Part shown: positions 39,826 to 51,036 of the stretch, one piece after another
How the letters are laid out: each line of letters starts with the position of its first letter
How positions within the stretch are numbered: position 1 is the first letter of the stretch
From: Polyangiaceae bacterium
GTDB lineage: Bacteria; Myxococcota_A; Polyangia; Polyangiales; Polyangiaceae
DNA length: 64,000 bases
Assembly: GCA_965222375.1 (NCBI GenBank)
Contig: CBDCTZ010000015.1
Span: 736,001-800,000 of the forward strand
Direction: 5' to 3'
Program-made: the position numbers and the translations under genes
The notes under the pieces: generated by a model
Seen by the model: the letters and a program-made list of their open reading frames with translations, nothing else
Database searches by the model: none
What the model was told of the DNA's origin: nothing

Positions 39826-40836
39826 ATGTCGACTTTGTGGAACGCCTTCATTGGGTCAGCAACGCCGACAGGAGTCGTGTTGTGTTTGACACTGGCGTGT
39901 TGCCACGCCGCTGCGGATCCTGCCCCGGAGGAGCGCAGCGCGGTATTGACAATGGAGCGCGTTGATGGCGCAAAGTCCTGCCCGGATACCGCTTCATTGT
40001 CGCAGGCGGTGGCCGAGCAACTGGGCTACGATCCGTTCAAATCCGGAGCCGAGCGCGAGATCGTCGTTGGCATGCAACGCGATGGTAGCGGGTTCTCTGG
40101 ACGACTCGAACTCCGGGACGATTCAGGTACCATCGGCGAACGTGAACTCAGTGCTGACGATTGTGCCGAGCTCGGCCGGGCGATGTCTCTCGCGATCGCC
40201 ATTGCGATCGACCCGCTGTATCCGGGTCGACGAGAGTCACAAAAGCCCCCACCGGCCAACACGACGCAGCCCGCACCACGCGAACTACCGAAGGCGCGGT
40301 CGCCGAGACCGCCAAAGCCGGCGCCAGTGGTTCGGCAGCGTGCGCCTGTGCACCTGAGACTCGGCGTGGGTGGTCAGGTCTCATTCGGGTCCGCACCGGG
40401 AACTAGTGGCGGGTTTTCTGCGCTGACGGGGCTCGGCCGCGAGTGGTGGTCGATCGACCTTGAAGGCCGCGGCGATTTACCTGCGTCGAAGGATGCCGAA
40501 CCCAGCGGGAGCGTCAGTGCGTCGCTCATTGCGGGGACACTGGTGCCATGCGCGCATCTGGCCTCGGGGTTCGTGTGCGTCCTGCTGACGGCGGGTGCAC
40601 TGCAGGGGGAGGGAAAGCTCGCCAAGCCAAAGCAGGCAACGACGGTCTACGCCGCCGTCGGCATCCGTGGGGGTGCTGAGTTACACCTGATGGAAAACGT
40701 CTCGTTGACCGGGCACGCTTCCCTGAACGCCGCGCTCAATCGGACGACGCTCGAAGTCAACGGAACCGAGCAGTGGACCATGCCGGCGCTGAATGGAGCG
40801 CTTGGGGTCGGCGTGGTGGTCCGACTGGGGCTGTAA
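39826..40836 (+). CDS. Hypothetical exported protein with beta-strand-rich C-terminus (ECF cassette member)
   Basis: N-terminal hydrophobic segment, Pro-rich linker, alternating Gly/hydrophobic strands. Confidence 0.7.
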   Translation: MSTLWNAFIGSATPTGVVLCLTLACCHAAADPAPEERSAVLTMERVDGAKSCPDTASLSQAVAEQLGYDPFKSGAEREIVVGMQRDGSGFSGRLELRDDSGTIGERELSADDCAELGRAMSLAIAIAIDPLYPGRRESQKPPPANTTQPAPRELPKARSPRPPKPAPVVRQRAPVHLRLGVGGQVSFGSAPGTSGGFSALTGLGREWWSIDLEGRGDLPASKDAEPSGSVSASLIAGTLVPCAHLASGFVCVLLTAGALQGEGKLAKPKQATTVYAAVGIRGGAELHLMENVSLTGHASLNAALNRTTLEVNGTEQWTMPALNGALGVGVVVRLGL

Positions 40837-41433
40837 TTGGCAAAGAAAATGCTGGCTGCCGTGACAAATACCGGCACCTCGGCGCAACTACTCGGCGTGG
40901 GCTCTGGCACAGCGACCGTCGTCTCGGACCGAGTTGCCCGGTTCGAGGCCCTATTTGGCGGTAACTGCGACTACGTGGCCGGCGCGCTGCGTCGCCTGGG
41001 CGTGGCGGAAAAGGACCTCGAGGACGTTGCCCACGACGTGTTTGTCGCCGTGTTCAAGAAGCTCGATGAGTACGACACCGAACGCCCCGCTCGCCCGTGG
41101 CTTTTCGGTTTCGCATTCCGTCAGGCTTCGGGTTACCGGCGCCTGGCGCGAAATAAGAACGAGTTGGTCGGGCTCGACGGCTCCCCCGACGCCACTACCG
41201 CCGGCGACCAATCGAGGATGGAAGCGCGCGATCTGTTGCTTCTCGCCCTGAACGAAGTCCCTATGGAGCGCCGCGCCGTGTTCGTGATGCACGAGATTGA
41301 GGGTCACGAAATGACGGAGGTCGCAGAAATCCTCAAAGTTCCGGTCAACACGGCTTACTCGAGGTTGCGGAAGTCAAGAACCGAGCTGAAGGAGGCCGTC
41401 GAGCGACTCCAACAGATGGGAGAGACACGATGA
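40837..41433 (+). CDS. ECF RNA polymerase sigma factor
   Basis: DLEDVAHDVF, PWLFG, RRAVFVMHE and PVNTAYSRL; start uncertain. Confidence 0.92.
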   Translation: MAKKMLAAVTNTGTSAQLLGVGSGTATVVSDRVARFEALFGGNCDYVAGALRRLGVAEKDLEDVAHDVFVAVFKKLDEYDTERPARPWLFGFAFRQASGYRRLARNKNELVGLDGSPDATTAGDQSRMEARDLLLLALNEVPMERRAVFVMHEIEGHEMTEVAEILKVPVNTAYSRLRKSRTELKEAVERLQQMGETR

Positions 41434-42224
41434 CGTCTTCGCGAGAGCCCTTGCCGCCCAGCCTCGCCTCGCTCGTTGACCATGAGCGCGCTCGGCCCGG
41501 ACTTTCCGAGGCAGTTCGAGACAGACTCCGTTCGCGGGTCATGACCAGTGTTGCGCCCTTCATTCCAGACCCCGGTGACGGTGGGGGGGACGCGCCGCCA
41601 AGCCCGCCGGCAGCCCCAGCAGGCGGAGCCGACGTGGTCGGCGGCGCTGCGGGCGGTGCTGCAACTACTGCGGGTGCCGGAAAGCTGGCCGTCGTTGCGC
41701 TTTCTTCGGCGCTGCTCGGAAGCGCCATCACCCTCGGCGTTCAAACCCAGTTGACGACTCCGCCAAGATCGCTGGAGGCGCGGGCGGTTCCGCGCGTGAC
41801 AGTCGTTGCACGGACTGGAAGTTCGGTGACCAACGCGGTTCGCGCGGAAGATCTCCCCCTCGAGCCGCCTTTAGTCACGTCCGTAGGGGGCAAAGCCGCA
41901 CGTCTCGCGAGCTCAGGCAGGGCGCCGCGGGTCGGGAGTGGGCTTGCCGCGGAGCGTTCCCTGCTTGGCACAGCTCGCACTGCGCTCACCCGAGGCAATG
42001 GCAGCGCCGCACTAGCGGCCTTGAATTCCCACGCGCGCCAATTCCCACGGGGTCAACTGCGAGAAGAGCGCGAAAGCCTGTGGATCCAGGCGCTGGCCCT
42101 TTCGGGCCAGGGGGACGAGGCCAACGCACGGGCGCGGTCGTTCAAGAAAACCTATCCGAACAGCCTGCTCGGGCCCGCGGTTGACGAAACCCTACGCAAA
42201 GCCTCGCCAAGGACCAAGAAATGA
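41430..42224 (+). CDS. Putative membrane anti-sigma factor with C-terminal TPR-like domain
   Basis: ATGA overlap with the sigma gene; single TM; LAAERSLL...FPRGQLREERE. Confidence 0.7.
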   Translation: MTSSREPLPPSLASLVDHERARPGLSEAVRDRLRSRVMTSVAPFIPDPGDGGGDAPPSPPAAPAGGADVVGGAAGGAATTAGAGKLAVVALSSALLGSAITLGVQTQLTTPPRSLEARAVPRVTVVARTGSSVTNAVRAEDLPLEPPLVTSVGGKAARLASSGRAPRVGSGLAAERSLLGTARTALTRGNGSAALAALNSHARQFPRGQLREERESLWIQALALSGQGDEANARARSFKKTYPNSLLGPAVDETLRKASPRTKK

Positions 42225-42324
42225 TCTTTTTTGGCGGCGCCGCAACAAACTAGCGAGTGCAAAGGCAATAGGTAGTGGGGCGCGAGGCAATCCGCGACTC
42301 GAACTTGCCTTCGGAGGATACCAA

Positions 42325-44094
42325 ATGAGGACGTCAATCCTTGGCGCTGCCTGCTCGCTTCTACTCATGACGGGCTGCTTCGACAGTCAGGACCTAGGCA
42401 GCCAGCCCGCATCGGGCGGCGGCCCAGGTTCAGGAGGCACGAGCGGCGCGGGCGCTGGGGGCAGTCCGAGCAGCGGCGGTGGTGCCGGTGACAAGCCAGA
42501 GTGCGGAAACGGCACTTTGGAAGTGGGGGAGCAGTGCGACGGCAAGGTACCGGCTGAAATCAGTTGCAGCAGCTTTGGTCACAAGAACGGCAACGTGACG
42601 TGCACGTCGAAATGCACCTTGGATACTAGCGCCTGCCACACTTGCGGCGACGGGACCGTCGAGGGTCCTGAGGACTGTGACGGAGGCTTGGACGGAAAGC
42701 GGTGTGACTCGATTGGCAAGAGCGGGGGCAAACTCACGTGCAAAAGCGATTGCAAATGGGAAAGCGGCGCATGTTACTCCTGTGGAGACGGCAAATGCGA
42801 CGGGCTGCTTGGCGAGAACTCGGACACATGCCTCGCTGACTGCCCTTGGAAGGCGCCCCGCGTTGTCGCCGGAGGTCGCTCTGTATGCGCCCTCAAACCC
42901 GATGGAACGGCCAAGTGCTGGGGTTCAAACGCGGGTGGACGTCTCGGCACGGGCACGGACACTGGGCCCGACGTATGCGCCGCTCCAGCGGGATTCGGAA
43001 AACACGCGAACTGCTCGCTAAAACCGGTCGACGTGACGGTAGTGCCAAACTTGGTGGACCTAGCCATGGGCGCCGTGGCATGCGGTGTTGACCCTGATGG
43101 GAACTTGTTCTGCTGGGGCCCCGGCGCCCTGCCTTTGCTCGGCAATGGCACGTTGGGTACAGACTTGGCGCAACCAACGGTGCCGAGCCTCACGTCCACC
43201 ACAACCGTCTCTGTGGGTGCGAGTTCAGCCTGTGCGATCGGCGCGGGCGAGCGCGTGAATTGTTGGGGGTCAAATACCGAGTTTCAGCTCGGCCTGGGCG
43301 GTATCACGGGGCCCATGGTCTGCAGCCAGGACGCAAAAGGAATCAGCAACTGGTGGTGTGCGGCCAAACCCTATCCCATCACGTTGACGGCAAAAGCGCG
43401 CGCGGTCACGACAGCACCTGCCCACCCCGCCGGTGGCGGCAACCAGCACGCATGCGCTGTGATGAAGGACGGCAACGCGTACTGTTGGGGACAGAACAAA
43501 TGGGGTCAACTAGGAGATGGGACCCAGAACGCGAATGCATGGCCTATCAAAGTACAAGCTGATACCCATTTCGTCACGATCGCTGCAGCGACGTATCACA
43601 CTTGCGCCACCGACACCGCCGGGGCTGTCTGGTGCTGGGGGAAAAACTCGTCCGGTGACCTCGGTCTCGGGCACGCCAAGGACGACGGAAACTGTTTCGG
43701 AAACTTCCAAAAGTGCTACACTAGGCCGCAACGCGTTCCCGGGATCGATGATGCGCGGATCGTGAGAACCGGACACAACACGACCTGCGTCATCCGAGGA
43801 GGAGATGGCGAACTCTGGTGTTGGGGACACAACGGGACCGGCATGCTCGGTTTGCCTACGAGTGGACCGGAGAATCCCGCTTCTGCCTCAGGCGGAGTCA
43901 GCACCAAACCGGTTCACGTCGCAAATCTAAAGCAGGTCTCTTCTGTGGCCCTCGACACTGGTGGCCAGATCTGTACCGCCCACGAAAATGGAAAGATCCA
44001 GTGCTGGGGCATGTCCCAGTGGGGTTCCATGGGAACGGGCAAGGAGTACGAACAGAGCCTGACCCCCCTGCAAGTGTTGCCTGCGGGTTGGTAG
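42325..44094 (+). CDS. RCC1-like repeat lipoprotein with Cys-rich N-terminus
   Basis: SD GGAGG; lipobox MTGC; repeated CWGxNxxGxLG. Confidence 0.9.
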   Translation: MRTSILGAACSLLLMTGCFDSQDLGSQPASGGGPGSGGTSGAGAGGSPSSGGGAGDKPECGNGTLEVGEQCDGKVPAEISCSSFGHKNGNVTCTSKCTLDTSACHTCGDGTVEGPEDCDGGLDGKRCDSIGKSGGKLTCKSDCKWESGACYSCGDGKCDGLLGENSDTCLADCPWKAPRVVAGGRSVCALKPDGTAKCWGSNAGGRLGTGTDTGPDVCAAPAGFGKHANCSLKPVDVTVVPNLVDLAMGAVACGVDPDGNLFCWGPGALPLLGNGTLGTDLAQPTVPSLTSTTTVSVGASSACAIGAGERVNCWGSNTEFQLGLGGITGPMVCSQDAKGISNWWCAAKPYPITLTAKARAVTTAPAHPAGGGNQHACAVMKDGNAYCWGQNKWGQLGDGTQNANAWPIKVQADTHFVTIAAATYHTCATDTAGAVWCWGKNSSGDLGLGHAKDDGNCFGNFQKCYTRPQRVPGIDDARIVRTGHNTTCVIRGGDGELWCWGHNGTGMLGLPTSGPENPASASGGVSTKPVHVANLKQVSSVALDTGGQICTAHENGKIQCWGMSQWGSMGTGKEYEQSLTPLQVLPAGW

Positions 44095-44568
44095 CCGCTG
44101 GCGCATGCCGGGATCGGCTTCAGGCGACCGGGTACTCCATCCGCAATAGCTTGCCGATGGTCGCCAGCTGCTTTTCGGCGTCTGGAGGCGTCCTCGCGGG
44201 CCGGATCGATGCGGCCACACACAGCGCGCGGTGCTTGTGAAAGACCGCAGTTCGTTCTTCTTTGGCGTCCCTCTATGCGCCTCTGGCTCGATCCCATTCA
44301 CGCCAGCTGCCGGCACACGCTGCTTGTTCGCCCCTCCTCAGAGTACGGGCTCAACCAGCCAGGGCTGGATCGGCCCTGGATTCTTCAGCACCAGCAGGTT
44401 GCGGATCCAGAGGTCGACCGCGGGACCCAAACCCAAAGTGCGGGGTGGTTTGGGAGTAAAGCGAAAGCACGATGCCGAGCACGAGGAGTGCGAGTCCGCC
44501 AACCGTGAGACCAGCTCCGAGCCAAGGCATGGAGCCCAACTTGATTTGGTTGCGCGCGGGATTAGGGG

Positions 44569-44895
44569 TTACCTCATCCAAATCATTGCGAGGAAGAGAA
44601 GGACGATCTGGAGCAACATTCCGTACAGCGCGCCCCGCTTGAGATCGGAGTTCCGGGAGAAAATGAGGACCAGGAGAAGCGCCAGGCACCCGGCGGAGAA
44701 GCCTAGGAGGATGCCGAGCATCAGGCCGTCTTCGGTGCTAGCAGGCGAGGCATCCAGCTGAGCTCGAGCGCGCGTCTCCGCCAACGTCATCTTGAAAGCA
44801 CACTCGTGACACATCGTGCCCTGACCCGTGTGTCGAATCGTGAGGTTGTCCATGGGGCCGTAACAGCGTGGACACGTGGTTGTCGCTGATTGCAT
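44569..44895 (-). CDS. Small Zn-ribbon-like membrane protein
   Basis: CPRC...CHEC followed by two hydrophobic helices. Confidence 0.6.
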   Translation of the reverse strand: MQSATTTCPRCYGPMDNLTIRHTGQGTMCHECAFKMTLAETRARAQLDASPASTEDGLMLGILLGFSAGCLALLLVLIFSRNSDLKRGALYGMLLQIVLLFLAMIWMR

Positions 44896-44928
44896 GCCTG
44901 ATCCAACCCTGCGAGTATGGTCGTCGTC

Positions 44929-46578
44929 TCAACAACCTGCAACGCATTGGGCGCCCCCACTCGGTCCGATTCGAACCTCGTAGATCAGTCCACCACTGGG
45001 GAAGGGGAGGCACTTCTTCGGTAGTGTGCTGGACTGACTACAGATCTGCGAACCCTCGCGCCACACGGTCCCACGATCGCCACCGCCCCACTTGTCACTT
45101 GAACGAGTCAGGAACTTCGCGGACTTGCCCTGCCCCATCACGGTAGCCCAGGAGCCTCCTTTTCGGCCATTGCCAGGAGCGATCTTCGTGCTGCTGGTGC
45201 CGTACCAAGTGATGACCCCTCCGCTGGTGCGAACGATGCTGATCGTGTACCCGAGCTTTTGCCCGCCCAGCAGAGCCGTCACGCCGGGCAGCTTGGCCTT
45301 GGAAGGGGAAGATACGAAGGACTTGAGGGTGTTGCGTTGCTGCGTTGTGAGCCCGTAGGCATCCGCCGGAATGGACTTGCTGGTGAGGGACACTTTGCCT
45401 TGGCTGTTCAGTTTGTAGCCCACGGCCTCCACGATGGCACGCACTCCGCCCCAGAAACCGGGAGATGCGCCCGCAAGATTCACGTTCAGTTTTCGCGAGG
45501 GGTGCTCCAGCGCCATGGCCAGAAGGAGCCCCTGCGCACCACTTCCCGGAATGCTTCCTTTCGCGCCGCCGTGTCCGTTCACGTAGCAGCGAGTCCCGAC
45601 TATGGGAATGTTGTAGCCAACCCAGGACCCTTTCCAGCCCGTCTGGGTCCCGTGCTTGTTGTAGACGGTCCAGCTATTCGGAGGGGGCTGGAGCGCCGCG
45701 AGCGCCAGGTAGGCCCAGTAGCGCCTCAACCACGCCCGGGCTTTGTTCGCGAGATTTCCATGGCCCCTCTTCTTGGCGTGGGCCAAGGCCGCAATGGCGT
45801 CGCCTACGGTCAGGGCAGTGTAGGTAGAAGAGAATATCTCCCCTCCCAAGAAGTGCGGCGTCGTGGATGCCAGCTGAATGTCGAAGTATCCAGTGAGCCA
45901 TGCTGGGTCATGATCCCAGTAGTACTTTGCGGTTCGACAAGTCAGCGGGATGTTCTCTGACCCTCCGCCAGAAAACATGTTGGCTGGATTGCTGCTGCCT
46001 TTGAACTTGTTGATGGTGTCGAGGTCGGGCTTGTTTCCAGCCATCACCCACGCGAGTTGTTCGAAACACCGACAGTTGCCTTCCCAACTGCACTTCGTCA
46101 CGAATCCACCGCTTCCGCCAGAACCACTGCCGCCACCGGTCGCGCCACTTCCACCGGAGCCACCCGTCGCTCCACCCCCACCCGTCGCTCCGCTTCCGCC
46201 ACTGCCCTTTCCGCCGGTCCCCGAGCCCCCTGTCGCTCCGCTTCCGCCACTGCCTTTTCCACCGGTGCCAGCACCCCCACTGCTGCCGCCCTGACCACCA
46301 GATGCACCCCCGGCTGCGCCAACGCCCCCGGAGCCGAAACCGGCCTCACCCCCAAACCCGGCGGTGCCGCCGAATCCGGCGGCACCGCCCCCGGCAGCAC
46401 CTGAGGCACCAGCAGCTCCCCAGTACCCCGCCTGTCCGGCGAGGCCAGGATCGTTGTCCGCGGCGTCACCGATGTCACCTGAGCACGCGAGGGACGATGG
46501 CAGAGCCAGAACTGGCAGAAGCGCGAGGACGAAGCGCCGAAACCGAATCGAGGGGGTGTGGGAATATTGACGAGCCAT
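44929..46578 (-). CDS. Lipoprotein with long Gly-rich linker and unknown C-terminal domain
   Basis: Lipobox SLAC; sigma54 motif TGGAAC-gcgcg-TTGCT at 46591-46606 (minus). Confidence 0.82.
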   Translation of the reverse strand: MARQYSHTPSIRFRRFVLALLPVLALPSSLACSGDIGDAADNDPGLAGQAGYWGAAGASGAAGGGAAGFGGTAGFGGEAGFGSGGVGAAGGASGGQGGSSGGAGTGGKGSGGSGATGGSGTGGKGSGGSGATGGGGATGGSGGSGATGGGSGSGGSGGFVTKCSWEGNCRCFEQLAWVMAGNKPDLDTINKFKGSSNPANMFSGGGSENIPLTCRTAKYYWDHDPAWLTGYFDIQLASTTPHFLGGEIFSSTYTALTVGDAIAALAHAKKRGHGNLANKARAWLRRYWAYLALAALQPPPNSWTVYNKHGTQTGWKGSWVGYNIPIVGTRCYVNGHGGAKGSIPGSGAQGLLLAMALEHPSRKLNVNLAGASPGFWGGVRAIVEAVGYKLNSQGKVSLTSKSIPADAYGLTTQQRNTLKSFVSSPSKAKLPGVTALLGGQKLGYTISIVRTSGGVITWYGTSSTKIAPGNGRKGGSWATVMGQGKSAKFLTRSSDKWGGGDRGTVWREGSQICSQSSTLPKKCLPFPSGGLIYEVRIGPSGGAQCVAGC

Positions 46579-46936
46579 GGCCTTGCAAAGAGCAACGCGC
46601 GTTCCATCCGTCACCAACCGCATCGGCATGTGCAGCGAGGAGGTTTTTCGAGGCGGTTCCACTTGCCAGATGCTGCATGAATGCCGCAGCGCGCGGCCTC
46701 GGTGCCGCCCTCCGAAGCTCCACCTCGCTCATTTGTCTCTAAGAATACGCTTCGCAACCTTAGAAATTGGCCGAGGCCGGCGGGTGGTCTAGCGCCATGT
46801 TGGGCCCTCTGGCGGGGCGGGCGCTCCTGTACAAATGTGAGGCCGCGCCAGCGATGGTCCTGTGGGCGGCGCTGACCCCTCAGCAACGTCCGTTCGAGTA
46901 CCACTTCGCCCGGAACCCGATTACAGTTAGCCTGGG

Positions 46937-48625
46937 TTGAAGTCTGGATCCGCATCGAAGAGAGCGAGCGGCCCGAACCTGAAGGTCGGGCGCTACGTCA
47001 TTAGCAGGCGAATCGCATCGGGCGGCATGGCCGCTGTTCATCTGGGGCGCCTGTCGGGACCCGTGGGGTTCTCTCGCACGGTTGCCATCAAACGGCTGCA
47101 TCCGACGTTCGCTCAAAACCCCGAGTTCGTCGCGATGTTCCTGGACGAAGCGCGACTTGTTGCAAGGGTTCGTCACCCGAACGTGGTGCCAGTCCTGGAT
47201 GTCGTGGCGGAAAGCGACGAGCTGTTCTTGGTGATGGACTACGTTGAAGGTGACAACCTGGCGCGGCTGACCAAGGGGCAAGAGCCGGTACCACACGACG
47301 TCGTGTCTGGAATCTTGATCAACGTGCTGCACGGATTGCACGCGGCTCATGAGGCACGAGCGGTTGGGGGAGAACGCCTGGATATCGTCCACCGAGATGT
47401 TTCGCCTCAGAACATACTCGTCGACATCGACGGCATCGCTCGAGTAACCGACTTCGGGATCGCCAAGGCAACCGCGCGGCTATCCAATACACAAACCGGT
47501 GAGCTCAAGGGCAAGTTCCGCTACATGGCCCTCGAACAGATAACCGGCCGCAATGTGACTCACCAGACGGATATCTATTCGGCGGGTGCAGTTCTATGGG
47601 AGCTCTTGACGGGCCGACGCTTGATCGATGCCTCCGGTCCCTTCGAAGCCCGCGAGCGCATCATGGAACTCGACGCGGCGCCACCCAGCCGCTACCGGCC
47701 CGAAGTCCCGGTGGCGCTGGACAACGTCGTGCTACGCGCCTTGAACAAGCAGCCTGAGGCGCGTTTTTCAACCGCCTCGGAGATGGCAACCGCGCTCGAG
47801 GATGCGCTTCAGCCAGCGATGCCGAGCGCCATTGGAGCCTGGGTTCGAGGACAAGCCCACGAGGCTTTGACGTCGCGAAGTCAGGTGCTGCACGAGCTGG
47901 AGTCTACGACGGAAGATGCGAGTGACGACGTTCTTGCTGAGCGCGTGACCGAGCTCGCCTCCAGAGCGAGCTTTGCCTCTCTCTCGGATAGCGATCTCAA
48001 GAGTCTATCAGTCGGAGACGGCGAGGAGATGACCGCCACCCACGCCTCCCACATATCTCGCAAACATGTAGCGTCCAAGAGCGGTGCGGAAGACTCGACG
48101 ATCGCTCGCACGCTGGCACCTCACGCGGAATCGTTCGATGTCGTACGGCAGCCGCCCGCCGAAACGAACCCTTCGCCCGAATCGCTGGGTCAGCGGGCTA
48201 GTACCGTCAGGCTGTCGGCGCTCGCTCAACCCAAGGAAAGAAAGCTCGCTGCAGCGCGCTGGGGCGCGGCAGCTCTGGGCAGCCTGGTGGGTTTGGCCGC
48301 AAGCGTAGTCGTAATCGCTTGGCTCTGGAACGCCCGGCAGCACGAGGCCCCCAGGCAGACCGAAGTGGGTAGTTCGACCTCGTCGTCACCAGCACGCACT
48401 GGTGAGCAGGCTGCGCCGGATGTGGTTCCGACACAGGTGGATGACCTCGACACGCTTTCATCAAGCCCCCCAGAGATCACCACACCACCACCAGCAGCAA
48501 GCTCAGCGCCAGAAAAGACGGTGAGGCCACCACGCAGAACGATCCCGCGTCCCAAGCCCGCAACGCCGCCCAAGAAGACGGCTCCCAAAGCGGAGCCAGG
48601 GTTCGGGTCCTTTACGCGAAACTAG
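46937..48625 (+). CDS. Membrane-anchored Ser/Thr protein kinase
   Basis: ASGGMAAV, VAIK, HRDVSPQN and DFG motifs; TM segment; Pro-rich tail. Confidence 0.95.
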   Translation: MKSGSASKRASGPNLKVGRYVISRRIASGGMAAVHLGRLSGPVGFSRTVAIKRLHPTFAQNPEFVAMFLDEARLVARVRHPNVVPVLDVVAESDELFLVMDYVEGDNLARLTKGQEPVPHDVVSGILINVLHGLHAAHEARAVGGERLDIVHRDVSPQNILVDIDGIARVTDFGIAKATARLSNTQTGELKGKFRYMALEQITGRNVTHQTDIYSAGAVLWELLTGRRLIDASGPFEARERIMELDAAPPSRYRPEVPVALDNVVLRALNKQPEARFSTASEMATALEDALQPAMPSAIGAWVRGQAHEALTSRSQVLHELESTTEDASDDVLAERVTELASRASFASLSDSDLKSLSVGDGEEMTATHASHISRKHVASKSGAEDSTIARTLAPHAESFDVVRQPPAETNPSPESLGQRASTVRLSALAQPKERKLAAARWGAAALGSLVGLAASVVVIAWLWNARQHEAPRQTEVGSSTSSSPARTGEQAAPDVVPTQVDDLDTLSSSPPEITTPPPAASSAPEKTVRPPRRTIPRPKPATPPKKTAPKAEPGFGSFTRN

Positions 48626-48874
48626 AAGCGTCCGACGGACCACCCCTCGCGCCTCGTGTTGTTGCACGCGCCGGGCGTGCTGCTGCATTGAAACCAACGG
48701 ATCCAGCCGAGGAGGCGATGGCCGGTCGAAATGGTATTCCGTGTCAAAAGGCCAGCAGACAATTCGCGCCTCTTGGCTGTGTCATCCATTGGCATGCACG
48801 GTGCATGGAACCCACACCCGGTCACCCATCCAACTTCGTTGTGCCGTGATCGCCACCGCCCAAGGGAGCTAGCC

Positions 48875-49504
48875 ATGAGCCGTGCAGCCTATCCAGCCAA
48901 CTTGCTCTTCGCGATCCTGTTAGCAGCATGCGGCGGTGAATCCGATTCCGACTCGACCCCAAAGCTCTCGGGTGGCAGCGGTGGGCAGGCTGGTAGCGTC
49001 GCCGTTGGCGGCATGACTGCCACGGACGGCGCTACGCAAACCGGCGGAACCGGTGGCACTGCAGCCGCTGGTGGCTCCGGGCAAGTGGGCGGTGCTGGCG
49101 GGCACGCAGATTCCGGAACGATCGAGTACCGCGGCTGCGAGCTCGCCACGGGTGCCGTCCGATTCGCAGTTACCAAGACGAACGCTGCCGGTGGTGCTTG
49201 TACTATCCTGGTCTTCGTTTACCAAGGCGGCGCACCCGATCCGCTGGTGCAGCTGCCGGACCAGTGGACGCTGGAATCCGCCGTCACGACCAGCGACGTG
49301 ACCAACTGCAAGCCCGGCGGCGCGGCATCCAAGGTGAGCGCAAGCACGGCCAGCGGAACGGCAAGCTGGACGCCGAGCGGAAAGCCATCCGCTGTTCCCA
49401 AGACGATCGACTTGGACCTCGAGCTCGGATTCCCCCCGTCTGCAACCTGGCTATCCGGCAAGGACGTGCTGAAGGCAACGGGCGTCGTGATCAACAAGTG
49501 TTGA
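48875..49504 (+). CDS. Hypothetical lipoprotein
   Basis: SD GGGAG; lipobox LAAC; Gly linker; sigma54-like motif at 48790-48805. Confidence 0.8.
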   Translation: MSRAAYPANLLFAILLAACGGESDSDSTPKLSGGSGGQAGSVAVGGMTATDGATQTGGTGGTAAAGGSGQVGGAGGHADSGTIEYRGCELATGAVRFAVTKTNAAGGACTILVFVYQGGAPDPLVQLPDQWTLESAVTTSDVTNCKPGGAASKVSASTASGTASWTPSGKPSAVPKTIDLDLELGFPPSATWLSGKDVLKATGVVINKC

Positions 49505-49768
49505 AGACAACGTCACCGGAGCCGTTGTCTTCCCATATCCAATGCGGTGAAACCGGATCTCTCGTGCTGCCAGTCAAAGAGACATCTATGGCCAGCGGAT
49601 GTGTCATCGGCTGGGTCGCGTCGGACTCTTGGCACATCGTCGGGTTTACTGCGCTCGCCGTCGCGCCGCGATGGCCCTCTTGGCAGGTGGTATGAGAAAG
49701 ACCACGGGGGCTGTGCCCGGATGATCCACCAAGCCGCTCCACTTTCCCAAGCCCGTGAGAGATGACCC

Positions 49769-50818
49769 GTGCAACGTACCAATTGTTGGTTCGCGCTCCT
49801 ACTCGTTCTCCTACCCGCGTGTGAAAACGGGAAAGTGACCGAGCGCGTCTCGACGTCGCCGCCGAGTCCAGCATCAAGCGCGGTCCTCCCTGTTGCAGGC
49901 GTTCCGAATCATACGATTCTGGTGGCTCAGGAGTACGCTGATCGCGTCGCCTTTGTGCAGACCTCCACACTGTCGACTGTGGCTACCGTGAGCACCGGGC
50001 CGAAACCACACACCATTGCGGTCGATACGCAGCGCAGACTTGCCTACGTGGCTTCCTATGGCGACGACACCGGGCAGCAGGCCGTAACGGTGGTCGATCT
50101 CGCTGCTCGCCGAGCCGCTGGCACAATGCCCGTCGACAGGTGTCGCCGCCCGCATGGGTTAGCTGTCGACCGCTTGGGAAAGGTCTGGGTGGGGTGTGAG
50201 AATAACGCGACCCTGGTGGTTGTTGATCCTATCGTTGGACGTGAGGTTCGCCGTGAGTCATCGGGTGGGGCTAGGACGCACATGGTCACCGCCATTAGGG
50301 GAGGAGACGTCATCCTCGCTTCGCACCTTCGCTCACCATATATTTCGATCTTCGATCCGAGTGCCTCTGGTGAGCAGGGACGAATCCCACTGCCGCATGG
50401 GTCGGAAATGATCGCCGAATCCCTAGACGGCACATTGTGGGTGACGAGTCCAGGTCATGGCACGGTCATCAAGCTCTCACCGACTGCAGCGCGATCGCCT
50501 GGGCAACGCTACCGCGTTGCCGGCAAGGAAGTCGTGGGAGACTCGCCAGTTCACCTGGCGGTGGGCCCCGACGGAGTCGTGATCCACGTCGCGGCAGACG
50601 GTGACTTGGCAGTCCTGTCGCCAGTATCCGGAAAGGTGCAACGAAAACTGTCATTCGACGTGATGGGGGGCGATATCGTTCACTTGGGTCGGAACACATA
50701 CGCCGTTACGGATTCACTGCAGAGTCGGCTGCTCGTCGTGGATCTGAAGCTTGGCAAGACACTGCAACAGGTCCGCCTGCAGGGCGGAGCCAATCACATT
50801 GCTTTGCTACCCCGTTAG
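49769..50818 (+). CDS. YncE/YVTN-like beta-propeller lipoprotein
   Basis: Lipobox LPAC; TGPKPHTIAVD and RPHGLAVD repeats. Confidence 0.8.
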   Translation: MQRTNCWFALLLVLLPACENGKVTERVSTSPPSPASSAVLPVAGVPNHTILVAQEYADRVAFVQTSTLSTVATVSTGPKPHTIAVDTQRRLAYVASYGDDTGQQAVTVVDLAARRAAGTMPVDRCRRPHGLAVDRLGKVWVGCENNATLVVVDPIVGREVRRESSGGARTHMVTAIRGGDVILASHLRSPYISIFDPSASGEQGRIPLPHGSEMIAESLDGTLWVTSPGHGTVIKLSPTAARSPGQRYRVAGKEVVGDSPVHLAVGPDGVVIHVAADGDLAVLSPVSGKVQRKLSFDVMGGDIVHLGRNTYAVTDSLQSRLLVVDLKLGKTLQQVRLQGGANHIALLPR

Positions 50819-51036
50819 ACCTCCCAAGATCACGGCTGCTTTTGCCAGGCTACCGGCTCTTCGTTATCCAGGGCGCGGGGCAGCGATCGTCTCCCGACTC
50901 GCGGCAACCGAGGCGGTCGGCAACGGCGGTAGTGCAACGCTCGCGATAGGCCGAGCGCCGCATAGGTCGCCTTGGTACCATCAGCAAACGTTCGACGATC
51001 TCCTGCAACCGTTCTCGTCGTCGTCGTCGGGACTCT

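Noticed and set aside
39826..44094. ECF sigma/anti-sigma/lipoprotein cassette as a novel system
   Set aside because: This arrangement is common in myxobacterial genomes; nothing distinctive seen here
46100..46420. Gly-linker repeats (also 53904-53948 and 59308-59388) as special repeat systems
   Set aside because: In-frame low-complexity linkers that are ordinary in these lipoproteins
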